35,905 nucleotides of DNA, from IMG/VR virus record IMGVR_UViG_3300012953_000087, positions 1 to 35,905 of that record. One strand, given 5' to 3'. Below, piece by piece: positions 19,396 through 27,940 of the stretch. Within the stretch, counting starts at the first letter, position 1. Each line of letters begins with the position of its first letter. Made by a program: the position numbers and the translations under genes. The DNA is from a virus. Taxonomy: Duplodnaviria; Caudoviricetes. The notes below the pieces were generated by a model that did not search any database, was not told the DNA's origin, and saw nothing but the letters and a program-made list of their open reading frames with translations.

Positions 19396-19569
19396 TTATA
19401 TTCCTTCATAATAAACTTGTATATTTCCCCTTCTAGAGTTTTTGCAGGGATTACAAATAAAGATATGTTTGTTCTCAGCTAAAAAAGTTTTTTGACATCC
19501 CAAACATTTTTTTTTAATTTTTTCACTTCCAAAGAATCTTTCGGTTCTGTTCAGTTGTTTTCTTTTCAT
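19396..19569 (-). CDS. Small Zn-finger protein
   Basis: CLGC...CNPC; ATGA overlap with the upstream stop supports start 19569. Confidence 0.6.
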   Translation of the reverse strand: MKRKQLNRTERFFGSEKIKKKCLGCQKTFLAENKHIFICNPCKNSRRGNIQVYYEGI

Positions 19570-20045
19570 AAATTTTTCCCTGCCCATTCTTCAAATCTTT
19601 TTGCAAGTTGATTTAGTTCTTCTACTTTAGAATGATTCTTAACTATTTCTCTTCTGCTAGATATTCCCAAGTACTCTCGCATAGCCTCAGCACATGCCTC
19701 TTCATCTCTTCCTATACCCCATGCAAAAGAATCTTCATATATTTCTTCCCTCATAAACTTTTGAAACTTAATGTTCCTACATAACATTCCTGCACGTTTT
19801 AGCGCTCTATCGCCTTCTGTAATAATTGACTTATTATTTGGGTTGTCGTAATCAAGAGCCTTGATACCCATGACAATGGAAGTTCTTGGGTAACAATTCA
19901 TTAACCAATCTGCTCCACCTAAATCTTCAACGTAAAATGTAAGTCTCCAAAAGCCACCATCCTTTTCATCCATTACAAAACTTACAACTTGAGCCTCTAA
20001 GTAACAAACTTCTTCAAATGCTTTTTTAGGTAGTTTCCTTACCAT
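19566..20045 (-). CDS. Hypothetical protein
   Basis: 159-aa ORF in the operon; AGMLC..FQKF and LGISSR motifs seen in phage recombination regions. Confidence 0.6.
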   Translation of the reverse strand: MVRKLPKKAFEEVCYLEAQVVSFVMDEKDGGFWRLTFYVEDLGGADWLMNCYPRTSIVMGIKALDYDNPNNKSIITEGDRALKRAGMLCRNIKFQKFMREEIYEDSFAWGIGRDEEACAEAMREYLGISSRREIVKNHSKVEELNQLAKRFEEWAGKNL

Positions 20046-20349
20046 AATATTCTTTAGCCTTTTCCATTGGATCTATTCCCTGCATTGCCCAAAATAATTG
20101 TTCTCCATACTTGTAGAGATGTATGTCTCCGTGACATTTTCTACAAACTGGAACAGTCCAATTATCTCCAACCTTTCTTCCCATTCCTGACTGCTCAGCA
20201 AACGTAATGTGATGAGGATCTGATTGAGGTGGCGCGTTGCAAATCAAACATTCCATTTCTCTTATTTTTTTTAAATGTTTTTCAGACTTAATATTTTTTT
20301 GGTGAGGGATGCTTGGCATTATCATTAAATATTGGTATTCATTTTTCAA
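20026..20349 (-). CDS. HNH-like/DUF968-like Zn-binding nuclease (true start probably 20325 or 20319)
   Basis: CLIC...DPHH...GMGRKVGD.WTVPVCRKCH. Confidence 0.75.
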   Translation of the reverse strand: MKNEYQYLMIMPSIPHQKNIKSEKHLKKIREMECLICNAPPQSDPHHITFAEQSGMGRKVGDNWTVPVCRKCHGDIHLYKYGEQLFWAMQGIDPMEKAKEYYGKETT

Positions 20350-20391
20350 TAAGTATAAAGTTTAAAAGAAACCAAACACCCCTCATAACTG

Positions 20392-20745
20392 TTAAAATGG
20401 TATTTCGTCATCTAAAGTTTTATTAGATCCGCCGTTATTTTCTTTTGGTGGCAACGATACGTTATAACTTCTAATACCTAAGTTCATGTAATGTTTTCCG
20501 CCTGATTCATTTAACATGGCTTTTACTTGACCTATAACTGTTACTTGTGTTCCCTTTTTATAAGCAGAAACCATTTTATCAGCAGAGCTATTGCCATATA
20601 GAATATCATAGAAATTAACATGATCATCCTTATCTTTTCCTTGATAAACATTGTCTGCAATTTTCATGGCAATAAACTTACTATCGCCAAAGGTTTTAAC
20701 TTCAGCATCTGCTGTAAGGTGTCCAACAACTGTAATACTATTCAT
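20392..20745 (-). CDS. ssb: Single-stranded DNA-binding protein
   Basis: MNSITVVGHLTADAE, KGTQVTVIG and acidic tail DDEIPF. Confidence 0.9.
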   Translation of the reverse strand: MNSITVVGHLTADAEVKTFGDSKFIAMKIADNVYQGKDKDDHVNFYDILYGNSSADKMVSAYKKGTQVTVIGQVKAMLNESGGKHYMNLGIRSYNVSLPPKENNGGSNKTLDDEIPF

Positions 20746-21384
20746 TTATTTCTCCTCTAGTGTTGATTTATGTGTTTTAAATTCAGCGATTAAAAAGTCA
20801 TAGTCTTTTTTGTTGCTCTTTTTAATCCTATGCAACGTCATTTGGTTTTCAGTATACCATTCGTTAAACTCAGCTTGGGTTGCCCATGTGTTAAGTTGTA
20901 TGCCCGCTCTAAGAGCATCCCACATATTTTTTGCATCTTTAGATAACTCAATCTGTTCTCCATCATTAAAATCAGGTGTAAAAACTATAGTGTTACTTTC
21001 TTCGTTGACAACCTCAATGTCGTCACTCCCCGCAACACCCAAAGCAGACTGTAACGCATATCTACGCATCAATGTCCATACAGCTCCCATTTGAGTTGCT
21101 TTCATATCATTTTGTTTATATTCAAGCTCAAATATAAAATGCTCTCCCGACTCATGACCCAAGATTGTCATGACTTTGCCTTGAGCAATACCCTGCATAA
21201 TAGAAATTCCATTCTTATTCAAAGCTGTTCTAGTAGCGTTATTAATATCGTTTATGTCAGCATATTCTCCATAGTGACCCTTTTTACTTCTAATCACAGT
21301 TTTAAAATCTAGTTGCGCTTTAGCAAATGCTTTCAAATAATTTTTAACCTCTGTGGATGAGTGTATAATAGGTAGTTTATCCAA
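20746..21384 (-). CDS. erf: ERF-family single-strand annealing protein
   Basis: YADINDI, HESGE and QMGAVWTLMRRYAL..LGV...DD (ERF motif). Confidence 0.85.
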   Translation of the reverse strand: MDKLPIIHSSTEVKNYLKAFAKAQLDFKTVIRSKKGHYGEYADINDINNATRTALNKNGISIMQGIAQGKVMTILGHESGEHFIFELEYKQNDMKATQMGAVWTLMRRYALQSALGVAGSDDIEVVNEESNTIVFTPDFNDGEQIELSKDAKNMWDALRAGIQLNTWATQAEFNEWYTENQMTLHRIKKSNKKDYDFLIAEFKTHKSTLEEK

Positions 21385-22303
21385 TTTCTTTCTCCGTTTT
21401 ATATTTTAAATATTGATCACAAACCTCAGCTACGTTGCACCAATTATTATCACAACGTCTTCTTTCTGATGCTCTAATAGTTATATCCCAGTCTTCGTAA
21501 GTAGTACCCTTTGTACTTCTGTGTTCTCCGTCAGCTATCCAACTAAGTGCATCTCTTTCGCTATCAAATATTTTTGTTGGTCTAGAATGACCTTTCTTTG
21601 TTGCTAAAAACTTTGGCTCTGTTGACCACATTTCTTCATCTGTACACTCAGGCATTTCCTCTTGATAATGCAACTTAACTCTATCAAATATATATTTCTT
21701 TGTGTCCTCTTCATCCCAAAGTTTGTATTCATATTTCATAATTGGTAATTGAGGATATTCAGGATTTCTGTTAGCTTCAGACTCTTTCCAATCTTTTATG
21801 AGCGCCCATATTATGAATGACGTTGGTGTGTAACCATTCTCTCTGCAAAGAAAAGAATATATATTGCCTTGCTTTTCATAATCCTTCATCCCTGACTTTG
21901 CTTTAAATGCAGTAATAACTTTCCAATCTTGAATAATAACTGGTTGAGATACCTCTTTACCTAAGGCTTTGCTTGCCTTTTGCTTGTCAACTGGTTCTAG
22001 GGCATCAATCTGACCCGACACTACTTTTCCATCAACTGTCGCATAAAATCTTTCTTCAACTATCCAATCTTCAGGAGCATGCTGTTCCATCATATTATGA
22101 AATGCAGTTCCCAATGCTGCGGCTATTCTTCTTTTTGCATCCTCAACTATTTCATGGCTGTATTCAGATCTAAGCCTAGATATTCTTGGAGAATCAAGAA
22201 GTCTTGTTGCAGAAATGTCAGTCATTGCACCGCCATCATATGTATCGTTCTGCAAAAAATTTTGTATTGGCTTTGGAAAATTATCTAGGTTTGCTAATTT
22301 CAT
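21377..22303 (-). CDS. PD-(D/E)XK exonuclease (Cas4/RecB-like)
   Basis: ISATRL, GTAFH, E..F, SGQID, DWK, Q..IY and C-terminal Cys cluster; start set at ATG 22303 from the promoter position. Confidence 0.8.
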   Translation of the reverse strand: MKLANLDNFPKPIQNFLQNDTYDGGAMTDISATRLLDSPRISRLRSEYSHEIVEDAKRRIAAALGTAFHNMMEQHAPEDWIVEERFYATVDGKVVSGQIDALEPVDKQKASKALGKEVSQPVIIQDWKVITAFKAKSGMKDYEKQGNIYSFLCRENGYTPTSFIIWALIKDWKESEANRNPEYPQLPIMKYEYKLWDEEDTKKYIFDRVKLHYQEEMPECTDEEMWSTEPKFLATKKGHSRPTKIFDSERDALSWIADGEHRSTKGTTYEDWDITIRASERRRCDNNWCNVAEVCDQYLKYKTEKEIG

Positions 22304-22309
22304 AGAATA

Positions 22310-22338
22310 TTTATAAATCAAAAAATTGTTGATTGCAA
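22310..22338 (-). promoter_or_regulatory. Sigma70-type promoter for the leftward recombination operon
   Basis: TTGCAA-17 nt-TATAAA, then 6 nt to ATG 22303. Confidence 0.65.
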
Positions 22339-22360
22339 TAAAAAAATAACATCCCCTTAT

Positions 22361-22389
22361 TTGACTAGGCAGAACTCTTTATGTAGTAT
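22361..22389 (+). promoter_or_regulatory. Sigma70-type promoter for the rightward replication operon
   Basis: TTGACT-17 nt-TAGTAT, then 6 nt to ATG 22396. Confidence 0.7.
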
Positions 22390-22395
22390 CAGACT

Positions 22396-22755
22396 ATGGC
22401 CGTTAGAAAGAAAAGACTATCAAATCCTGAGTATCATTTGCAATGCTTAATAATTGAATTTTTAAAAATACAATTACATAAGAGTGCTTTGTTAACTTGT
22501 TTTCCAAGTGGTGGTGGTGGTAAAATTCGTGGAGCAATGTTAAAACGTATGGGTCTTGTTGCAGGGTGGCCTGATCTGCAGATAATATTTAAAGGTAAAT
22601 ATTACGGACTTGAAGTTAAAACAGAAAAGGGCAAAGTTTCTGAAAATCAAAAAGCTATCCATGATTCGCTTATAAAACAAGGTGCAAAGGTCGCAGTTGT
22701 AAGAACGCCTGAAGAGGCGTGGATACAAATCAAGGAATGGGGTCTTGGAAGATAA
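22396..22755 (+). CDS. VRR-NUC domain nuclease (resolvase-like)
   Basis: E..LQ, MGLVAGWPDL, LEVKTEKGKVSENQK. Confidence 0.85.
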   Translation: MAVRKKRLSNPEYHLQCLIIEFLKIQLHKSALLTCFPSGGGGKIRGAMLKRMGLVAGWPDLQIIFKGKYYGLEVKTEKGKVSENQKAIHDSLIKQGAKVAVVRTPEEAWIQIKEWGLGR

Positions 22756-23089
22756 TAACAAAAGACTGTGGCAAGGCGTTGTGTTGCAGGCTCTGCTTGA
22801 TGCAGGTAACTTAAGCAAAAGTATAAATCCTTCTTGGTCAACGCCATCTAGAAATTTTATGCACAAACGAGTTGCAGACGAGGCAAAAAAATGGTTTACT
22901 GAAAATTGTCAAGATTTTCAAGACGTATGTCACTTAGCCAATCTAGACCCTCGTTTGATAAGAAAATTTGCAATGAAAGTTGCAAGGGGAGATCCTTCCG
23001 CTAAAAAATCTCTTATTGAATGGCGAGATTGGTTTAAGAGACCAAAATTTACATTTAACACGGAGAAAAAAAATGAGTCCAAAAACTAA
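22745..23089 (+). CDS. Conserved phage hypothetical protein
   Basis: LWQGVVLQALLDA...A.KWF...F.DVC.LA.LDP pattern common in marine phages; TTG start. Confidence 0.6.
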   Translation: MEDNNKRLWQGVVLQALLDAGNLSKSINPSWSTPSRNFMHKRVADEAKKWFTENCQDFQDVCHLANLDPRLIRKFAMKVARGDPSAKKSLIEWRDWFKRPKFTFNTEKKNESKN

Positions 23090-24767
23090 CATTTCAATAG
23101 AAATAGATAAAATGAAGTATCGTCTTGATGGCGAAACATTTGAAGGAAAGGTTGAAAGAATTGCAAGAACCCTTTCTGATAATCAGGAACATTACGCTCA
23201 CTTATATGAAATATTATATAAGATGAGGTTTTTACCTGCGGGTCGTGTACAAACTGCAACTGGTTCTCCAAGAGCGGTTACAGCATTTAACTGTTTTGTT
23301 TCAGGAAAGATTGAAGATTCAATGGACTCAATAATGGACAGAGCAAAAGAGGCGGCTGAAACAATGCGCAGGGGCGGTGGAATTGGATATAACTTTGGAC
23401 ACATTAGACCACATGGTGATTGGATAAAAACCCTTGATAGCAAGTCCAGTGGCCCGATTAGCTTTATGAAGATCTATGACGCAATCTGTCAGACTATTGC
23501 CTCTAGTGGCCACCGCAGAGGCGCACAGATGGGTGTTTTTCCTATTGATCATCCTGACGTTGAGGCTTTTATAAATGCAAAGACAAATGAAAATCAACTT
23601 ACTGGATTTAATGTTTCTTTGGCCATTACTGATGACTTTATGAAAGCGTTATTAGAGGACAAAGAATTTCCATTAACCTTTCAAGGCAGAACATATAAAA
23701 CAATAAACCCAAAAGAACTTTGGGATACAATAATGAGAAATACTTGGGACTGGGCAGAACCCGGAGTTTTGTTCATAGACAGAATAAATCAAATGAATAA
23801 TTTATATTATTGTGAAGATATTGAGGCAACCAACCCCTGCGGTGAACAGCCTCTTCCACACTACGGCGCATGCTTGCTTGGAAGTTTTAACCTTCCAAAG
23901 TATTTAATTGAAAGAAACGATAGACCGCCATACTTGTTTGATTGGGTTGAGTTTGAAATGGATATTGAACATGTTGTAAGGGCGATGGACAATGTAATTG
24001 ATAATACAACTTACCCACTTAAAAAGCAGGAAGAAGAGGCAAAAGCTAAAAGAAGAATGGGTCTTGGTATAACGGGATTAGCTAACTGTGCTGAAATGCT
24101 AGGTTATCCATATGCATCAGACAGTTTTATTTCTTTTCAATCTGACGTTCTTAAAAGACTAAGAACAGAGGCATATAAAGCATCCGCAAAATTAGCTGAC
24201 GAAAAGGGTGCATTTCCATTATTTGACAAGTCAAAATATTTAAATGGTAAATTTATTAAAACGCTTCCTAATACAGTTGTGGATGACATCGCAAGATGGG
24301 GTATAAGAAACAGCCACCTTACATCTATTGCACCAACTGGAACTATCTCTTTATCGGCAGATAATGTATCTAGTGGTATCGAACCACCTTTCTCACACTA
24401 CTATGACAGAACCTTAAGAACGTTTGATGGAGATCAAATTGAAAGAGTAGAGGATTACGCTTACTCAATGGGTGTCAAAGGTTTAACTGCTGACGAAATT
24501 TCAGCACAAGACCATCTCAATGTTTTGCTTACATCTCAAAAGTATGTGGACAGCGCTTGCAGTAAAACCTGCAATGTAGGTGATTCTGTTACGTTTGATG
24601 AGTTTAAAACACTGTATGTAGATGCTTGGAGAGGTGGAGCAAAAGGTTTAACAACTTTTAGATCTGCAGGAAAAAGGTTTGGTATTCTTAACAAAGTTGA
24701 GGAAGAGCCTAAATCTGAGGCTTGCTACATTGATCCTGAAACTGGTGGCAAGGAATGTGACTTGTAA
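23073..24767 (+). CDS. nrdJ: Ribonucleotide reductase, probably class II (B12-dependent)
   Basis: FLPAGR, NCF, RRGAQMG, TNPCGEQPL, ACLLGS and IAPTGT motifs; C-terminal Cys pair; no beta subunit gene nearby; RBS GGAG before ATG 23073. Confidence 0.85.
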   Translation: MSPKTNISIEIDKMKYRLDGETFEGKVERIARTLSDNQEHYAHLYEILYKMRFLPAGRVQTATGSPRAVTAFNCFVSGKIEDSMDSIMDRAKEAAETMRRGGGIGYNFGHIRPHGDWIKTLDSKSSGPISFMKIYDAICQTIASSGHRRGAQMGVFPIDHPDVEAFINAKTNENQLTGFNVSLAITDDFMKALLEDKEFPLTFQGRTYKTINPKELWDTIMRNTWDWAEPGVLFIDRINQMNNLYYCEDIEATNPCGEQPLPHYGACLLGSFNLPKYLIERNDRPPYLFDWVEFEMDIEHVVRAMDNVIDNTTYPLKKQEEEAKAKRRMGLGITGLANCAEMLGYPYASDSFISFQSDVLKRLRTEAYKASAKLADEKGAFPLFDKSKYLNGKFIKTLPNTVVDDIARWGIRNSHLTSIAPTGTISLSADNVSSGIEPPFSHYYDRTLRTFDGDQIERVEDYAYSMGVKGLTADEISAQDHLNVLLTSQKYVDSACSKTCNVGDSVTFDEFKTLYVDAWRGGAKGLTTFRSAGKRFGILNKVEEEPKSEACYIDPETGGKECDL

Positions 24768-24775
24768 AAAAATTG

Positions 24776-24804
24776 TTGACAGTTATCTTATTTGGTTTTA
24801 ACCA
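24776..24804 (+). promoter_or_regulatory. Sigma70-type promoter for the initiator/primase genes
   Basis: TTGACA-17 nt-TAACCA, A-tract upstream, 6 nt to ATG 24811. Confidence 0.55.
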
Positions 24805-24810
24805 TGAAAT

Positions 24811-25530
24811 ATGAAGAACGGATTTTACAAGTTATCTAGGGGGTGGATGGACAACCCAGTGTTTTCATCATCACGCTCATTTGACAGAAGAAGTGCATGG
24901 ATATGGCTTATTGAGAACGCTTGTTTTAAAGATACAAAGCAAGACGTTCTTGGTAAGACAATCAAAGTGGAAAGAGGGTATCTTTACTGTTCGTTAAGTC
25001 AATTAGTAAGAGAGTGGTCATGGTCTGAAAAGGCTGTAAGAACATTTTTAAAAAGACTTTCTAATGATCACATGATAGACATGTATACGGGCGATGGAAA
25101 GACGAGGATTTTTATTGTAAACTATGATACTTACCAGTATGATGGGCGAACCTTTGACGATAAAGCGACAAGGTATCGGCAACAAAAGAAAGAAGGTAAA
25201 GAAGGTAAAGAAATAATAATACATTCAGATCTTGAACAAATAATGTCAAAAGATGAATTTAAAAAGTTTGTTTTAGCGCTTTACCCTAAAAGAGATGGCA
25301 CACTTAATGTAACAAGAGCTTACGATAGGGTTCTTGGTTTAGTTAAAAAAAATCAAATGACTTTTAGTCAATTTTTTCGTGCGGTTAAAAACTATAAAAG
25401 ATCCTGCGATGAGCAGGGAATTGTTGGTACAAAGTTTGTTCAACAAATATCAACATTTTCAAATAAAAACTGGATGGATTATGATCATGTATCTATTGAA
25501 CCTACACAAGGGCCATGGAGTCCGTTTTAA
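24811..25530 (+). CDS. Phage replication initiator (lambda O/DnaD-like)
   Basis: GFYKLSR..AWIWLIENA..RG...SLSQL..WSWS...VR.FL wHTH-like N-terminus; IVNYDTYQ; C-terminal F..LYPKR domain. Confidence 0.75.
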   Translation: MKNGFYKLSRGWMDNPVFSSSRSFDRRSAWIWLIENACFKDTKQDVLGKTIKVERGYLYCSLSQLVREWSWSEKAVRTFLKRLSNDHMIDMYTGDGKTRIFIVNYDTYQYDGRTFDDKATRYRQQKKEGKEGKEIIIHSDLEQIMSKDEFKKFVLALYPKRDGTLNVTRAYDRVLGLVKKNQMTFSQFFRAVKNYKRSCDEQGIVGTKFVQQISTFSNKNWMDYDHVSIEPTQGPWSPF

Positions 25531-25835
25531 TGAATAACGAACAAGAAAAATTTTTAAACGAAAATAGAATATTTTTAAAAAACTACAAAGGCTTAGATGT
25601 GTTTCATAGAACGCATTGTCCTGATTGTGGAAAAAACAAAAGAGATAATTTGTCGGTTTTAATTACAAGGAAAGGCGGTGTGTATGCAAATTGCCACAGA
25701 TGCAACAAAGAATGGAAAAAGCCATCCAAAGGAACTTTCTCAAACGATCATTCGTCAATTAGAGGAAAGAGGAATAGATACGGAAATGGCAGTGAAGTTC
25801 GGATTGGGGTTGATAAAAGGGCATGGTGGGTCTGA
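25530..25835 (+). CDS. Stand-alone primase zinc-binding domain
   Basis: HCPDC...LSV...NCHRC; TAATG coupling and RBS GGAG. Confidence 0.7.
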   Translation: MNNEQEKFLNENRIFLKNYKGLDVFHRTHCPDCGKNKRDNLSVLITRKGGVYANCHRCNKEWKKPSKGTFSNDHSSIRGKRNRYGNGSEVRIGVDKRAWWV

Positions 25836-27210
25836 AAAACTTGCATTACCATTTAAGATAAACAATCAGACTTCAAGTTGGAAGGTGCGTTCAGTCGCCT
25901 CATCAAATGATGGTATGTTTTGGATTGGAAAAGAAGACGTAAGAGGAAAACATTTTTTTAATGAAGATTGTTTGAGAGACGAGAGCCTTAAAGATTATCC
26001 ACTTATAATTACAGAGGGGGAGCTTGACTGTCTCACAATACTTCCGTGGTATCCAAAATGTGTTAGTGTTCCCAACGGAGCAAATACAAAATCAATACCT
26101 ATTGAAGATGAAAGAAGTTACTCTGCATTTGAATATTTAAATAATGCGATTGACATTCTTAAACCAGTTAAAGAAATTATAATAGCAACAGATGGCGATC
26201 GTGCAGGTAGAGTTTTACTTGAGGATCTCGCCCTGCGACTTGGTAAACCCAGATGTCGCTGGGTGATGTACCCCTTTAAGAAATCTGACCAGTCAGAAAG
26301 ATGTAAAGACCTAAACGAGAGTTTTAAAGAATGGGGGTATAATGGAATACAAAATATCATCGAAAAAGCAAAATGGTATCCGATCAGTGGAGTTTACACT
26401 ATTGACGAACTACCGCCGTTACCAGAGCCAGAGGTATATCGCGCAGGCATGGGTGGTCTTGACAAGCATCTTGGTATTAGGCTTGGCGATTTTAGCGTTG
26501 TTACTGGGATACCCAGTCATGGTAAGTCAACTTTTGTAAATGATTTAATGTGTAGAATGATTATAAACAATGACATGAAGATTGCTTTTGCTTCATTTGA
26601 ACAACCGCCTCAAAAGGATCACAAGAGAAACCTTACTCGTTGGATGATGCAGCGTCAAGACGGGGGTGTCAATGGTTTATCGACAAGTCAAAAAACTGAA
26701 CTCACAGAACGCACGCTGCGGGAAAAGATCGTGTTCATTGTCAAAGAAGAAGACGAAACTGCTGATTTAGATTGGTTACTTGAAAAGATGTCAGCATGTG
26801 TTATTCAACATGATGTGGACATAATTGTAATTGATCCATACAATGAAATTGATCATAAAAGAGATTTTAGACAAACGACCACAGATTACATTGGTGACTC
26901 AATTAAAAAGATAAAAAGATTTGCAACTAGATATGACGTTCATGTTATGGTTGTTGCGCATCCTACAAAATTAAGTGAAAGAGCTGACGGAACTTTGCCT
27001 ATACCAACATTATATTCTATAGAAGACTCAAGACATTGGTACAACAAGTGTGATGTTGGCATTGTTGTCCACAGAATAAGTAGCGAAAGTTTTTCATTGA
27101 TTAGGGTTGTAAAGTCTAGGTATCACGATATACTAGGGACTCCGGGCGAGGTAAGGTGTAACTTCGACAAAGATACTGGCAGGTACAATGAACGATTTGA
27201 AGTCTACTAA
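25678..27210 (+). CDS. Primase-helicase (T7 gp4/Twinkle-like) lacking the Zn finger; start uncertain
   Basis: TOPRIM motifs ITEGELD, SVPNGA, ATDGDRAG, KDLNE; Walker A GIPSHGKST; IDPY; VAHP. Confidence 0.9.
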   Translation: MCMQIATDATKNGKSHPKELSQTIIRQLEERGIDTEMAVKFGLGLIKGHGGSEKLALPFKINNQTSSWKVRSVASSNDGMFWIGKEDVRGKHFFNEDCLRDESLKDYPLIITEGELDCLTILPWYPKCVSVPNGANTKSIPIEDERSYSAFEYLNNAIDILKPVKEIIIATDGDRAGRVLLEDLALRLGKPRCRWVMYPFKKSDQSERCKDLNESFKEWGYNGIQNIIEKAKWYPISGVYTIDELPPLPEPEVYRAGMGGLDKHLGIRLGDFSVVTGIPSHGKSTFVNDLMCRMIINNDMKIAFASFEQPPQKDHKRNLTRWMMQRQDGGVNGLSTSQKTELTERTLREKIVFIVKEEDETADLDWLLEKMSACVIQHDVDIIVIDPYNEIDHKRDFRQTTTDYIGDSIKKIKRFATRYDVHVMVVAHPTKLSERADGTLPIPTLYSIEDSRHWYNKCDVGIVVHRISSESFSLIRVVKSRYHDILGTPGEVRCNFDKDTGRYNERFEVY

Positions 27211-27220
27211 AAAAAATAAA

Positions 27221-27314
27221 ACGTTCACTCGCCAAGACAAGACGTTCACTCGACAAGACACAGCGCTCACTCGCCAATCTGATGATAAGAAAAATAAAAA
27301 AGCGCTCAATCGCC
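27221..27314 (+). repeat. 21-bp-period tandem repeats (3 units plus 1 partial)
   Basis: RCGYTCACTCG(C/A)CAA at 27221, 27242 and 27263; GCGCTCAATCGCC at 27302. Confidence 0.85.
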
Positions 27315-27325
27315 GTAAGATTAAA

Positions 27326-27802
27326 ATGCAAACAGAAAGCAACAGACCAGTAGAAATAATTAGTGTTGGTAAATTTAAAACAACTGCAAAATATGCAGAC
27401 ACAACTAATTACGATTTATTATATTTTCAAGATAGAATTAATCAGGATCAACACCAAAGCGCAGAATATCTTTATGGTCTCGCCCTAGCATCAAACATAA
27501 AACTTTCTATATCTTCGTTTTTGTCCAACCCCATTCGTGAGCCAAAATCCGGGCAGCTATCACAGAGTGAGAAATCTGCTCAGTCAAGAAACACGTTGAA
27601 CAAAATTCTCGCAGCCGTTTCCCAAAGATGTGGATCTTTAGCAGGGGAACTTTTGCAGGGTGTAGTTATTTATAACTATTCAATAAGGGAATGGTGCGCG
27701 ATCAATAGCAAGGGAAGGGAAGGTAAACTGCAGACCTTGCAAAGCGCTTTGGATGAAGTCCAAAATTTTAGGGAAGGTAAAAGGGGTAATCCCTTAAGCT
27801 GA
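27326..27802 (+). CDS. DUF6456-like putative late regulator/antiterminator (ORF may extend up to 27188)
   Basis: I...Q..SAE.L, A.SR..L, LLQGVVI...SIREW and L..ALD.V pattern of alphaproteobacterial prophage proteins; last gene of the replication operon. Confidence 0.55.
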   Translation: MQTESNRPVEIISVGKFKTTAKYADTTNYDLLYFQDRINQDQHQSAEYLYGLALASNIKLSISSFLSNPIREPKSGQLSQSEKSAQSRNTLNKILAAVSQRCGSLAGELLQGVVIYNYSIREWCAINSKGREGKLQTLQSALDEVQNFREGKRGNPLS

Positions 27803-27806
27803 TTAC

Positions 27807-27860
27807 CCCTGACATTCACGAAATCGAAAGGATGATTCCCAACGTCTGTCAGGGTTTTTT
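27807..27860 (+). terminator. Possible intrinsic terminator with a large structured loop
   Basis: CCCTGACA/TGTCAGGG stem followed by T6, between convergent operons. Confidence 0.45.
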
Positions 27861-27940
27861 CCAATCGAGGCACTCTCTGACTAATCCTCGCCCATGTCCA
27901 TGTAGTTTAACTCCAACTACAAACCTCATGGGAAGGTTAA

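Noticed and set aside
22980-23072. Longer ORF-track starts for RNR, and likewise 17582, 18084, 22321, 28192, 31107, 32118 and 34422
   Set aside because: Downstream starts have better RBS, stop-start coupling or promoter spacing, and several extensions run through regulatory repeats.
27221-27314. 21-bp repeats as a mini-CRISPR
   Set aside because: Units are directly tandem, with no unique spacers.
27803-27940. tRNA or hammerhead ribozyme in the convergent intergenic gap
   Set aside because: No cloverleaf or TTCGA T-loop in proper context, and no CUGANGA/GAAA core with the required stems.
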